From Candidatus Baldrarchaeum yapensis (lineage in GTDB: Archaea > Asgardarchaeota > Baldrarchaeia > Baldrarchaeales > Baldrarchaeaceae), in NCBI GenBank assembly GCA_016840465.1, contig JAEOSH010000050.1, forward strand, positions 1-16,210: a stretch of 16,210 nucleotides of DNA. The letters are read 5' to 3'. The translations under genes and the position numbers were made by a program. This document shows positions 7,317-15,212 of this stretch, in pieces. Every line of letters begins with the position of its first letter. The first letter of the stretch is position 1. Under the pieces are notes generated by a model that was given only the letters and a program-made list of their open reading frames with translations, did no database searches and was not told where the DNA came from.

Positions 7317-8912
7317 TCAACTGGTTAGAAGACTCTCTTTTGCGTATACTATTTTGCCACCGACAATGGTCATTTCTACCTCTATTTCGTCAATTTTGCC
7401 CTTTGGAACCTCGAAGGGGTCCTTTGACAGAACAACTAGGTCTGCAAACTTCCTTGGCTCTATGCTTCCCTTTTTATTTTCATCAAACGAAGAATATGCT
7501 GCATTTATAGTATACATTCGGATTGCCTGATTGACACTTAGGGCCTCCTCTGGGAAGAATCCGTTTCTCTCGACCGCTGCCCTTATTCCCGATAGTGGAT
7601 TTATTGGTTCAACCGGGCAGTCGGAGCTCCCAGTTAGGAGTATACCGTTATCGATCATTGTTTTGAACGGGTATACGTGCCTTATCCTTTCAGGTCCGAG
7701 TCTACTGGGTAACCATTCCTTATCGGACACTATGAAGTGTGGTTGAACAGATGCGATAACTCTTAGCCTTCTCAGGCGTTTAATAAGGGATGAATTGAGC
7801 AGGGAGGCGTGTTCAATGCGGTGTCTGTGATCTTCCCGTGGAAGTCTTCTTAGCGCCTCCTCTATAGCATTAAGGGCCACTTCAACGGCTTTATCTCCTA
7901 TACAATGTATAGCGACTTGGATTCCATCTTTATGTGCCCTATATACGATCTCGTTGAGCGTTGTCTGATCGAACCAAAGGATTCCTGTGTTGTCCGGATC
8001 ATCGCTGTAAGGTTCCGTCAGAGCCGCTGTTCGCGCCCCTAAGCTTCCATCTAGTATTATTTTCAATGCTCCCAAACTCAGATAATCCTTAGATCGTTCG
8101 AACTCTTTCTTTAATTTTGAAACGTGATGCAGTAGGTTTACAAATGGAAGTATGTGAACCCTTAGTGGCAACTCTTTACTTTTAAGCATTCTTTGGAATG
8201 CCCTGATTTCTTGAATCGACTTTACTATACAATGCACGGACGTTAATCCGTGGCGTATGGCTTCCTTGCACGCCGCTTTCAGAATCTCATATAGCCTTTC
8301 ATCGGAAAGGGGGATTGCGCTTGTAACCATCATGGCTGCTGTTTCCTTTAATATTCCAGTCGGCTGGCCTGTTTTCGGGTCTTTATCTATCTCTCCACCG
8401 GGTGGTGGCGGTGTTTTCTCTGTTATGTTGAGTTTTTCGAGAGCCCTACTATTAAGAGTACATACATGCCCGCATACGCGGAATACGACTACAGGGTTTT
8501 CAGGAGATGCCTCGTCGAGGTCCCATCGCGTGGGAGGTCTTTTTTCCGCCAGTTTACCTTCATCCCATCCAAAGCCGATGATCCACTCATCTTTTTTCGC
8601 TCTTTTAGAAAAGTCAGATATTTTTTCCTTCATTTCAGCGATAGATCTCACATTCTTGAGGTTAATGGATGATAGAAGCAACCCATATTCTGTAAGGTGG
8701 ACATGCGTATCTATGAATCCTGGGAGAACAGTTTTTCCTTTTAAATCTATCACACGAGTACTTTTACTCACTAGAGACAGTATTTCTTCGCTTGTGCCAA
8801 CTGCAAGAATTTTTTCTCCTCTTATAGCTATCGCTTCGGCCCTCGGCAGCTTATCGCTCATTGTTATGACGTTTCCGTTAATTAAGCAGATATCCACGCC
8901 ATTCTTATTCAT
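7317..8912 (-). CDS. Metal-dependent amidohydrolase, YtcJ/Amidohydro_3 family, 531 aa
   Basis: DLKGKTVLPGFIDTHVH, KIILDGSLGARTAAL, QVAIHCIGDKA, RHRIEHAS, GSSDCPV and KGSIEPRKFADLVVL motifs. Confidence 0.92.
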   Translation of the reverse strand: MNKNGVDICLINGNVITMSDKLPRAEAIAIRGEKILAVGTSEEILSLVSKSTRVIDLKGKTVLPGFIDTHVHLTEYGLLLSSINLKNVRSIAEMKEKISDFSKRAKKDEWIIGFGWDEGKLAEKRPPTRWDLDEASPENPVVVFRVCGHVCTLNSRALEKLNITEKTPPPPGGEIDKDPKTGQPTGILKETAAMMVTSAIPLSDERLYEILKAACKEAIRHGLTSVHCIVKSIQEIRAFQRMLKSKELPLRVHILPFVNLLHHVSKLKKEFERSKDYLSLGALKIILDGSLGARTAALTEPYSDDPDNTGILWFDQTTLNEIVYRAHKDGIQVAIHCIGDKAVEVALNAIEEALRRLPREDHRHRIEHASLLNSSLIKRLRRLRVIASVQPHFIVSDKEWLPSRLGPERIRHVYPFKTMIDNGILLTGSSDCPVEPINPLSGIRAAVERNGFFPEEALSVNQAIRMYTINAAYSSFDENKKGSIEPRKFADLVVLSKDPFEVPKGKIDEIEVEMTIVGGKIVYAKESLLTS

Positions 8913-9948
8913 GTTTTCGCCACTCTCGCATTGCTTTCGTAATGCTTGCAGAGATTTTACTATGAAGGGGAGTTTCTCCCAGTAATAACTGTTGCTCGAT
9001 TGATCAAGGAAAACCTCACTGTTACATCACCAACAGCAGTCGATATGGCACGAGTTCACATTTCTAAATAATAACCGAGCGCGTCGGAATCTACTCTTTA
9101 ACTTCCGAAAATTTCTCTATCTTTGCATAATTGATGCAATGCGCTACAAAACTCCGGTTCGCTGAAAAGATTTGCTTAAATATTTCGTACTCATCAAGCA
9201 AGAGGTAGAAGTTTCGAATGAGTGATGAGGATGAGCATTCTGAGACGCGTGAAGGTCTATAATTTCAGGAGCATAAGGGAAGTGGACGTGGAGTTAAAGC
9301 CGCTCACAATATTTGTTGGCCCTAATGCTGCGGGGAAGTCTAGATTCTGTATGCGATAGCGTGGCTGGCGCTTAGGGCCACGTATAATCCTCACCTCGGT
9401 AGCCAACCACATGACGTTGAGAAGAAGTTGCTGAAAATAGAATCTTATGATGACCTTGCGCTCAATCGAGACCTCTCTAAGGTTTCTATAGGAGTGGAGA
9501 TAACATTCGAGTTGCCGCCCGAGTTAAAGTCCAATTTTAAGAGACTGATCAATATGATCGATTGGCCGATGCTCTCGGGGTTGAGAAGCCGGAGCTTAAG
9601 GTTCTGAGTTACGGTTTCAGGATAAGCAAAAAGAACAAAATACTCTACTGCGACATTTCCCTTTCATTGAATGGTGCTAAGATGGAGATCTCGTCGGAAT
9701 ACGACTCGGTTACGGATACCACGGTCTGGACGCTGAAGTTTCCGCCGCATTACAACATAAATGGTATGGGTAAGCTTAATTATGAACTCTTTGGGAAGTT
9801 AGACATTCATCTAAGAGTTGTAGAGGCAAAATCACCACTTAGTGAGAAAGAAAGCAATACTCTTGAAAGATTAGATTACTTCATCGAGAGGTTGCTGAGG
9901 TATGTGAGGGATAACCTCATAGTTGGAAGGATATTTCTCCTAACCGTT

Positions 9949-10130
9949 CTGACTCTCCGCCACTTTTGTTGCAATTAACGCGTGTGTGGCGGAGAGCCTT
10001 CCCGTCTCGGGGTCCATCGACGGGCTTTCGCGGGGAACGGTGCTCCGCACATCCATCTGCCCCCTTTGCTTCGCCCTTTCGGGCTTCCCTCCCTCTCACC
10101 GTCCCTCCCACATCCCGAGCGGAGCCCGCT
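9949..10130 (-). ncRNA. Candidate structured RNA, omegaRNA/reRNA-like; ends approximate
   Basis: GC-rich, with a GCCC-GAAA-GGGC tetraloop hairpin (10073-84), a CCCGUC/GACGGG hairpin with tandem G.A pairs (10001-24), long-range pairs 10119-25/10042-48 and 10098-105/10034-41, and a terminal 11-bp stem. TATA about 20-25 nt upstream. Confidence 0.55.
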
Positions 10131-10148
10131 TAACACAACGGAACCGTC

Positions 10149-10163
10149 CTTTATAAGGGTTTT
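10149..10163 (-). promoter_or_regulatory. TATA box inside the mini-element, pointing at the structured RNA
   Basis: The minus strand reads AAAACCC-TTATAAAG. The predicted start near 10125-10131 coincides with the start of the GC-rich folded segment. Confidence 0.55.
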
Positions 10164-10931
10164 AAAGGTTTTGAGGTTGCAAAGGTGCATGGGGGCAACA
10201 AATGCAACACTATACGTTTCTGCCCCACTCAGGGGAGATGTGCCGATTTGCTCACTCGTGGATTTAGACGTATCTGTTGGGGCCTCACGGCGAAAACCTG
10301 CTGAACGCCGCGGCATACGCTCTTGCCCATCACGACCTCTCCATAAGGATGAAGTTGGGAGAGTGGATAAGGCGGTGGTCCGAAAGGTCCGGACTTAAGA
10401 ACTTCTGTGCGGGTCCCGAGAGAAACGTGATAAGGGCCTCATTCAAGGACTTAGATGCGGTTCTCGACTTGGCGATGGGCAGTTTTGGGAGCAGGCAAGT
10501 AGCGACTATGATCACGCAACTTATAGTGACGCCACGTCGGAGCGTTGTTATGGTAGAGGAGCCCGAGTTATGCCTCCATCCCGAGGCGCAGACTCTACTT
10601 CCGTTGCTCTTCGCAGATGAGATGTGATAAAGAAGCATGACAAGCAAGTTATTATTACCATGCACAGTAACATATTGATACTGGCGTTGAGCGATGCGGT
10701 AATGAGATCCGAAGAGTATCCCGATGTTCCGAGGCTGAATGACGATGATATTGCCCTTTATCACGTACCAGAGGGCCGGATGGGAGCACCAAAGTGGAGC
10801 GTATAGAGCTATCGGAGGAGGGACTTCCGGTCGGGGGAGTACCTTCCTTCATGGAGGTTGAACGGAGACTTTTCATGAGACTCATATCTAGATTAAAGTC
10901 CCGCATGTAGTATATCGTAGGAGTAGTGGTG

Positions 10932-12170
10932 CTATGGTCCGATGTGCCCGATGCTTGTCTGAACTATCACTTTTTTGAGTCCCGCGTTCTCCAATACTTC
11001 CTTTACCATCAACATGTCATCAACGGTGGGTCGTGGCATATTCCACTTTCGGAATTCTCCTCGGTAGTCGAGAACACAAACCTGAATGTCGGGGTCTATT
11101 TTTGCGATTTCCAGCCCCATCTTGTAGATCTCATCGAATGTGGGGTGGAATTCCCGGTTATAGGGTATGCCTATTCCCATGAAGACCTTATCCGGGTAAT
11201 AGTTGTCGGCGATGTATCGTACCGCCTCCCACTCCGTCTTTAGATACTTCTCCGCCAATTCTTTATCCGTAATGTTCGTTATCAGTTGGAAGGTCTCCAG
11301 TTTCAGCGCCTTGATATCCGGTCCTATATCAGTGATCCCCGTGTCTTCTATCAGTTCGTCGATATAGTCCTTTGTCAGGATAGTCGCATTTGTGTCGAGA
11401 TGAAATCTCGCTTTCTCATCTCTATTCAGCTTCCTCAATTCTTTGAAGAACTGCACAAGCCAACGTCTATTTATCGTGGGTTCCCCGCCGCTTATTGCCA
11501 TCCGGTGAACTCCATATCTTCTGCGGTAACTTGTCAAGATGCGCGCGGCCTCCTCGGGCGTCAATGGGCTTAGAGAACTGTTGTACGTCACATGGTAATT
11601 CTGGCAGGTGGGGCACCTCAGATTGCAACCAGCAGCGAACGCCGCCACTTCTATATACTTCCCCTCGTATTTCAACCAATATGGCGTCCCCACACCACCC
11701 ACCGGATGAGGACTGAAGCCCTCTACTATTCTTAGTGGAGTGATTCCTTCCACATTCGTGCAGATCTCCATACCCTCTCTAACTGGGGTGTGACATGCGG
11801 GTTTTAACTCTCCATCAACGAGAACCGCGCACGCATAACATCCTCCCGTGTTACAGGGTGCAAACATTTTTCCCGGTTCAGGATAGCGCGTAAACACGTA
11901 CCCTAGTATTTCAAGCGCCTTTTTTACTGTTATGTACTCGGGAACCTCGTACTCCACCCCATCCACCTTTATCTTTATATATCTTCGCTCACTCTTATCC
12001 TCGACTGGAATTCTGGCGTAGTATGGGCAAGCAAGGTAGCACGCCTCACATCCTATGCATCTTTCGGGGCTCGGGCATTTAACGATCGTTTCGCAAAATC
12101 CGCATTTCACACATTTTGTCGGATCCACTACGTACTTAAAGAAGCGCATTTTGTCTTCCCGCCCGTGCAT
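10932..12170 (-). CDS. Radical SAM protein (PFL-activase-like) with N-terminal 2[4Fe-4S] ferredoxin and [2Fe-2S] domains; alternative start 12149
   Basis: CVKCGFC...CP and CIGCEACYLACP (ferredoxin); PCNTGGCYAC...PAC (2Fe-2S); GCNLRCPTCQN (CxxxCxxC); ISGGEPT; LDTNA. Confidence 0.88.
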   Translation of the reverse strand: MHGREDKMRFFKYVVDPTKCVKCGFCETIVKCPSPERCIGCEACYLACPYYARIPVEDKSERRYIKIKVDGVEYEVPEYITVKKALEILGYVFTRYPEPGKMFAPCNTGGCYACAVLVDGELKPACHTPVREGMEICTNVEGITPLRIVEGFSPHPVGGVGTPYWLKYEGKYIEVAAFAAGCNLRCPTCQNYHVTYNSSLSPLTPEEAARILTSYRRRYGVHRMAISGGEPTINRRWLVQFFKELRKLNRDEKARFHLDTNATILTKDYIDELIEDTGITDIGPDIKALKLETFQLITNITDKELAEKYLKTEWEAVRYIADNYYPDKVFMGIGIPYNREFHPTFDEIYKMGLEIAKIDPDIQVCVLDYRGEFRKWNMPRPTVDDMLMVKEVLENAGLKKVIVQTSIGHIGP

Positions 12171-12449
12171 CTCACCTATCCTCTAAACATTTAACATTTA
12201 ATTGAAGTCTTTCGTAATTTTGTTTAACGCCATACACTTTATTCTCAACAGTAGAAGAGTTCTAAATTCAATTCTGCTACACTGTTCAATTTTCGACGTG
12301 TAGACGGCATATCATCGTAACTAGAAAGTTCATACGGTTTCCCTTGACGCTGAGGTCGGGAGACTATTGACAGTAAAGTTAATGTAGTTGTATCTTCCGT
12401 TTTAAAATATCAGGTGCGATTTCCGTTAAACCTGTTGGAGGACAAAGTT

Positions 12450-13157
12450 GTGAGTGGAGATGTGAATAAGGTAGATGAGGCATTACGCATTCTTTCGAAA
12501 GTTGAAGAGATCTTAAGAGGTCTAAGGGGTTCTATCGAGCAGGCGGACCGTATAAGATCGGAGAACGAGGCGCTGAAATCCGATTTGGAAAAATTGAAGG
12601 CGGAGGTTGAGCGCAGGGATCTACGCATAAAGGATTTGGAGAACGAAAATAACGAATTAAAAAGCAAATTAAAGGAAAAGGAGGAAGAAGTGAAGAGATT
12701 AAGTGAGAGGGTTGCATCTCTGGAGGACGAAAATCGTAGGCTTGAGCAAGAACTAAAAATTACCAGAGAAAACCTGTCTAATGTTGAGAAGTCCAAGAAG
12801 GAGGTGGAAGAAGAAAATAAAAAGTTAAAAGACGAGCTTAATAAAATATCTGAGCAACTTGAAAAAATTTCGAAAATGTACGGCGAGTTAACACGTGAAA
12901 GGGAAAGAGTAGAAAGCGTAAGAGAACTTTTAACTATCTATGTAACACTACTTGAGACAGTCTTTGCGGGTATGCCTCATGCTAGGATTCTCTGGCTACT
13001 GCATGGCGTTCCTAAAATGAAGAGAGCGGAGATAACCAAAGCCTCCGGATTTGAGCCTGCTGTCGTGCTCAAGAGCATTCATGATCTTGAAAGAGCTGGG
13101 CTTGTGAGGTTTAATAGGCAGAAGGATGAGGTTCATCTTCTAAGGAAATTATTTTGA
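12450..13157 (+). CDS. Long coiled-coil protein with C-terminal winged-helix domain, about 235 aa
   Basis: About 130 aa of E/K/L-rich heptads, then PHARILWLLHG..KRAEITKASGFEPAVVLKSIHDLERAGLVRF (wHTH). GGAGG (12437-41) favours GTG 12450 over 12414. Confidence 0.8.
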   Translation: MSGDVNKVDEALRILSKVEEILRGLRGSIEQADRIRSENEALKSDLEKLKAEVERRDLRIKDLENENNELKSKLKEKEEEVKRLSERVASLEDENRRLEQELKITRENLSNVEKSKKEVEEENKKLKDELNKISEQLEKISKMYGELTRERERVESVRELLTIYVTLLETVFAGMPHARILWLLHGVPKMKRAEITKASGFEPAVVLKSIHDLERAGLVRFNRQKDEVHLLRKLF

Positions 13158-13185
13158 CAGACCTACTGCCAGTCATTGTATTGTA

Positions 13186-13640
13186 CTATTCTTGTAATTT
13201 GATCCCGAACGTGCAGATGTCCCCAATCCCCCACCTTATGTTTTTCTCCACGGCATCTATCGAAACTTTAGGCGTTCGCCCTCCTATGGCATCGACGAAT
13301 CCTAAAAGAAGTCCCGGGACGACGCATGCGGTTCCCTCAAATTCGTAGCCACCAACACGTTTCGGACAAAAGTGATAACCCTTTACCTTTATGCGGAGAA
13401 TTTCGTCTCTATATTAACCTCGACCTCATCAGCAAGGTCTATGACTTTCAGGAGATGTTCTATTTTCTCATTTATGCTCTTTTTGTCCCAATCTGGAGTG
13501 TTACTAAAGGTTTTTGCGTGTTCAATGCCGGCGTGGTAGCTTGCGATCGTTACTATTCCCTGCACGGACTTTCCCGAAACAGTACTCATTCCGTAAGTAA
13601 ACCCAATGTTACAATGTGCGAGTATGTTGAGTTCTTTCAT
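13186..13640 (-). pseudogene. V4R-like small ligand-binding domain protein, one frameshift, about 151 aa when repaired
   Basis: The 83-aa ORF continues after a -1 shift near 13414 as (K)YRDEILRIKVKGYHFCPKRVGGYEFEGTACVVPGLLLGFVDAIGG...GDICTFGIKLQE, ending at TAG 13186-88. C..PGLLxGF and C.F.I match the V4R pattern. The 3' half is absent from the ORF track. Confidence 0.62.
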
Positions 13641-13723
13641 GTTCTCCCCCTTAATGTTCTGTCAGTGGAATGAATCAAATAAAATATAAATATGTCGGTT
13701 CTTCAAGTCGATTGCTGGCGCGA

Positions 13724-14296
13724 TCACTTTCGTGGCATCGCTATTATTTCTCTTATCTTTAGGTCGGAAAACATTCTGGAAATGTCGGTTGATTTTATCA
13801 TGACGGCGGTATCGGCTCCTCGTCTCGTCCCCGCAATTGCTATTACGTCCGTGTTTGAGGGAATGGCCCCCGCCGCGACCGCCATCAGAACTATTTCGAC
13901 GCATACCTTCATACCTTGACAAAACATTCTCAGTGTCGCATTAACTATGTCTATGGGATCCCCTCCGCGTTCCCTGAATGCTCTGGGAACCATTGTGAAC
14001 ACATCTGTGCCTATGACTAGTGTCCCACCTTTCTTTGTTATCTCATCGGCGAATTCCTTTTTCAGGGCTATCTCTCCGGGCTTTAGAAAGCCGTACTGAT
14101 GCGTTACAACGACGACTTTGATGCCAGAATCCTTAAACATGTCGACGGCCTTTACTCCCGTCTCGCCGGTGGTTGAGGCGACGACGACATACTTGATTCC
14201 TCGTTCCTTAGCCCTCTCCAACGCGGCTCTCAGGGTTGCATCCGTATTTTGGGGGCCGGGCGAATCGAAATATATTATTTTTTCCTCGACTGACAT
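13724..14296 (-). CDS. Pyruvate kinase C-terminal-like (PK_C, MTH1675-type) conserved archaeal protein
   Basis: IIYFDSPGPQNT...YVVVASTTGETG...VVVVTH...LRMFCQGMKVCVEIVLMA...IAIAGTRRGADTA...KIREIIAMPR. Confidence 0.85.
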   Translation of the reverse strand: MSVEEKIIYFDSPGPQNTDATLRAALERAKERGIKYVVVASTTGETGVKAVDMFKDSGIKVVVVTHQYGFLKPGEIALKKEFADEITKKGGTLVIGTDVFTMVPRAFRERGGDPIDIVNATLRMFCQGMKVCVEIVLMAVAAGAIPSNTDVIAIAGTRRGADTAVMIKSTDISRMFSDLKIREIIAMPRK

Positions 14297-14366
14297 TTAG
14301 ATCCCTACCCACTACTGGTACACTATCTGAACTTTTAATGGAATATTACGTTTGTGGTAACGCGGG

Positions 14367-15104
14367 ATGAAGCATATGCCAAGCTCGGAAGATGATATAG
14401 TTGAGATATTGCAGACGAACAAGGTGAAGCGCGACAGGGCGATAAAAATAGCAAATAAACTTTTAAATCTCGGAGAAGTGGAGTATCTCGCAAAAGGCAC
14501 GAGTTTCGTTGTTTTACTTCTCCGGACGCCGGAGGGTGATCGGAGAGTTGTTAAAATAGAGAAGGATGATATTACGGCGAGCGGTGCTGCATGTAAAGAG
14601 GCGCATTTTTTACGGATCGCAAACAGCATTGGAGTCGGGCCGCGACTGTACTCTTATGATCATGACCTTCGTTACCTAATAACGGAGTATTTTGATGGGG
14701 AGTTTATTATCGATTTTCTGCTCAGGGAGAAAGATGCTGAGAAAATTCGCAAAACCGTGATCAGTGCTCTGATGGACGCTTTTAGACTCGATGAGTTAGG
14801 TATCACGCATAAGGAGCTTGCATCACCGAAGAGGCATATAATAGTGACTAACGAGGGGCCGAAGTTTATAGATTTTGAGAAGTGTAGCAAGTCCAAGAAG
14901 CCGAAGAACCTGTCGCAACTCGTGCAGTTCTTTTTCTTGAATCCAAAATCTCCGTTCAGGGGCAAAATTTTTTCCATTTTCGGGTTAAAGGATGATGATG
15001 TCAACAAACTCGTCGAATTAATCCGCGAATATAAAAGGACGGAGAAAAAATCGGAAATTTTTCGGAGGATTCTGCAAATACTCGGGCATTCGGGTCCCAT
15101 TTGA
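14367..15104 (+). CDS. Archaeal Ser/Thr protein kinase (Bud32/RIO-like, COG2112-type)
   Basis: YLAKGT (Gly-rich loop), VVKI (VAIK-like), KEAHFLRIANSIGVGPRL, ITEYFDG, GITHKEL, FIDFE. Confidence 0.82.
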   Translation: MKHMPSSEDDIVEILQTNKVKRDRAIKIANKLLNLGEVEYLAKGTSFVVLLLRTPEGDRRVVKIEKDDITASGAACKEAHFLRIANSIGVGPRLYSYDHDLRYLITEYFDGEFIIDFLLREKDAEKIRKTVISALMDAFRLDELGITHKELASPKRHIIVTNEGPKFIDFEKCSKSKKPKNLSQLVQFFFLNPKSPFRGKIFSIFGLKDDDVNKLVELIREYKRTEKKSEIFRRILQILGHSGPI

Positions 15105-15212
15105 AAATTGCCGCGAAAGTTCCGTTGCATTATATGTACGAACTTGCTTCATTAGAAAGTTTCATGTAGTCGTGGTAATAACATCAATAGTTAGGCAAAC
15201 GGGGGGAAGTCG

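Larger units (their letters stand above)
9949..10227 (-). mobile_element. 279-bp non-autonomous mini-element, probably derived from a TnpB-encoding IS200/IS605- or IS607-type element
   Basis: Excision rejoins ACC GTT|CTC AGG GGA and gives RIFLLTVLRGDVP in frame. No target duplication beyond a 2-nt CT ambiguity. Terminal hairpins at 9953-63/9986-96 (11 bp perfect) and 10190-97/10221-27. On the minus strand it follows TGAG and ends GAGTCAG. No transposase ORF. Confidence 0.7.
9231..10910 (+). pseudogene. ABC-class/AAA_15-AAA_21-like predicted ATPase, multiply disrupted
   Basis: MSILRRVKVYNFRSI..TIFVGPNAAGKS (Walker A), VMVEEPELCLHPEAQ (Walker B), VIITMHS (H-loop). About 464 aa after repair. 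Lesions: -1 near 9343, +2 (CT) at 9572-76, 279-bp insertion 9949-10227, +1 G at 10279-82, AGATG duplication at 10615-24, -1 near 10766. Confidence 0.85.

Noticed and set aside
8930-9230. 300-bp gap with a 41-codon open stretch (LQRFYYEGEFLPVITVARLIKENL...) and a small GGGAG-TTT-CTCCC hairpin
   Set aside because: No convincing start or ribosome-binding site and no recognisable motif. Consistent with a divergent promoter region.
9980-10050. H/ACA guide RNA (K-loop-like hairpin with ACA 14 nt downstream)
   Set aside because: The putative lower stem strand is better explained by the perfect 11-bp terminal hairpin, the left pocket would be 18 nt, and I could not identify an rRNA target. The K-loop-like motif itself remains worth testing for L7Ae binding.
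9949-10128. Alternative 180-bp boundary for the insertion (also in frame, also with CT microhomology)
   Set aside because: It leaves a 33-residue non-ATPase-like peptide (LNTTEPSF...) in the host protein and excludes the promoter and the second terminal hairpin. The 279-bp solution is more coherent, though nesting cannot be excluded.
9940-10130. Minimal RNase P RNA: GAGGGAAGCCC (CR-I-like), AGAUGGAU (CR-IV-like) followed by a P2-like helix, and CAGAACGGUUA (CR-V-like)
   Set aside because: P1, P3, P5 and P15 cannot be formed, P4 pairing is poor, and the CR-V-like word lies partly in host ATPase coding sequence outside the insert.
9917-10398. ORFs 9917..10111, 9975..10316 and 9982..10398
   Set aside because: They are products of the GC-rich insert. 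Only the 10228-10280 part of the plus frame is real ATPase sequence.
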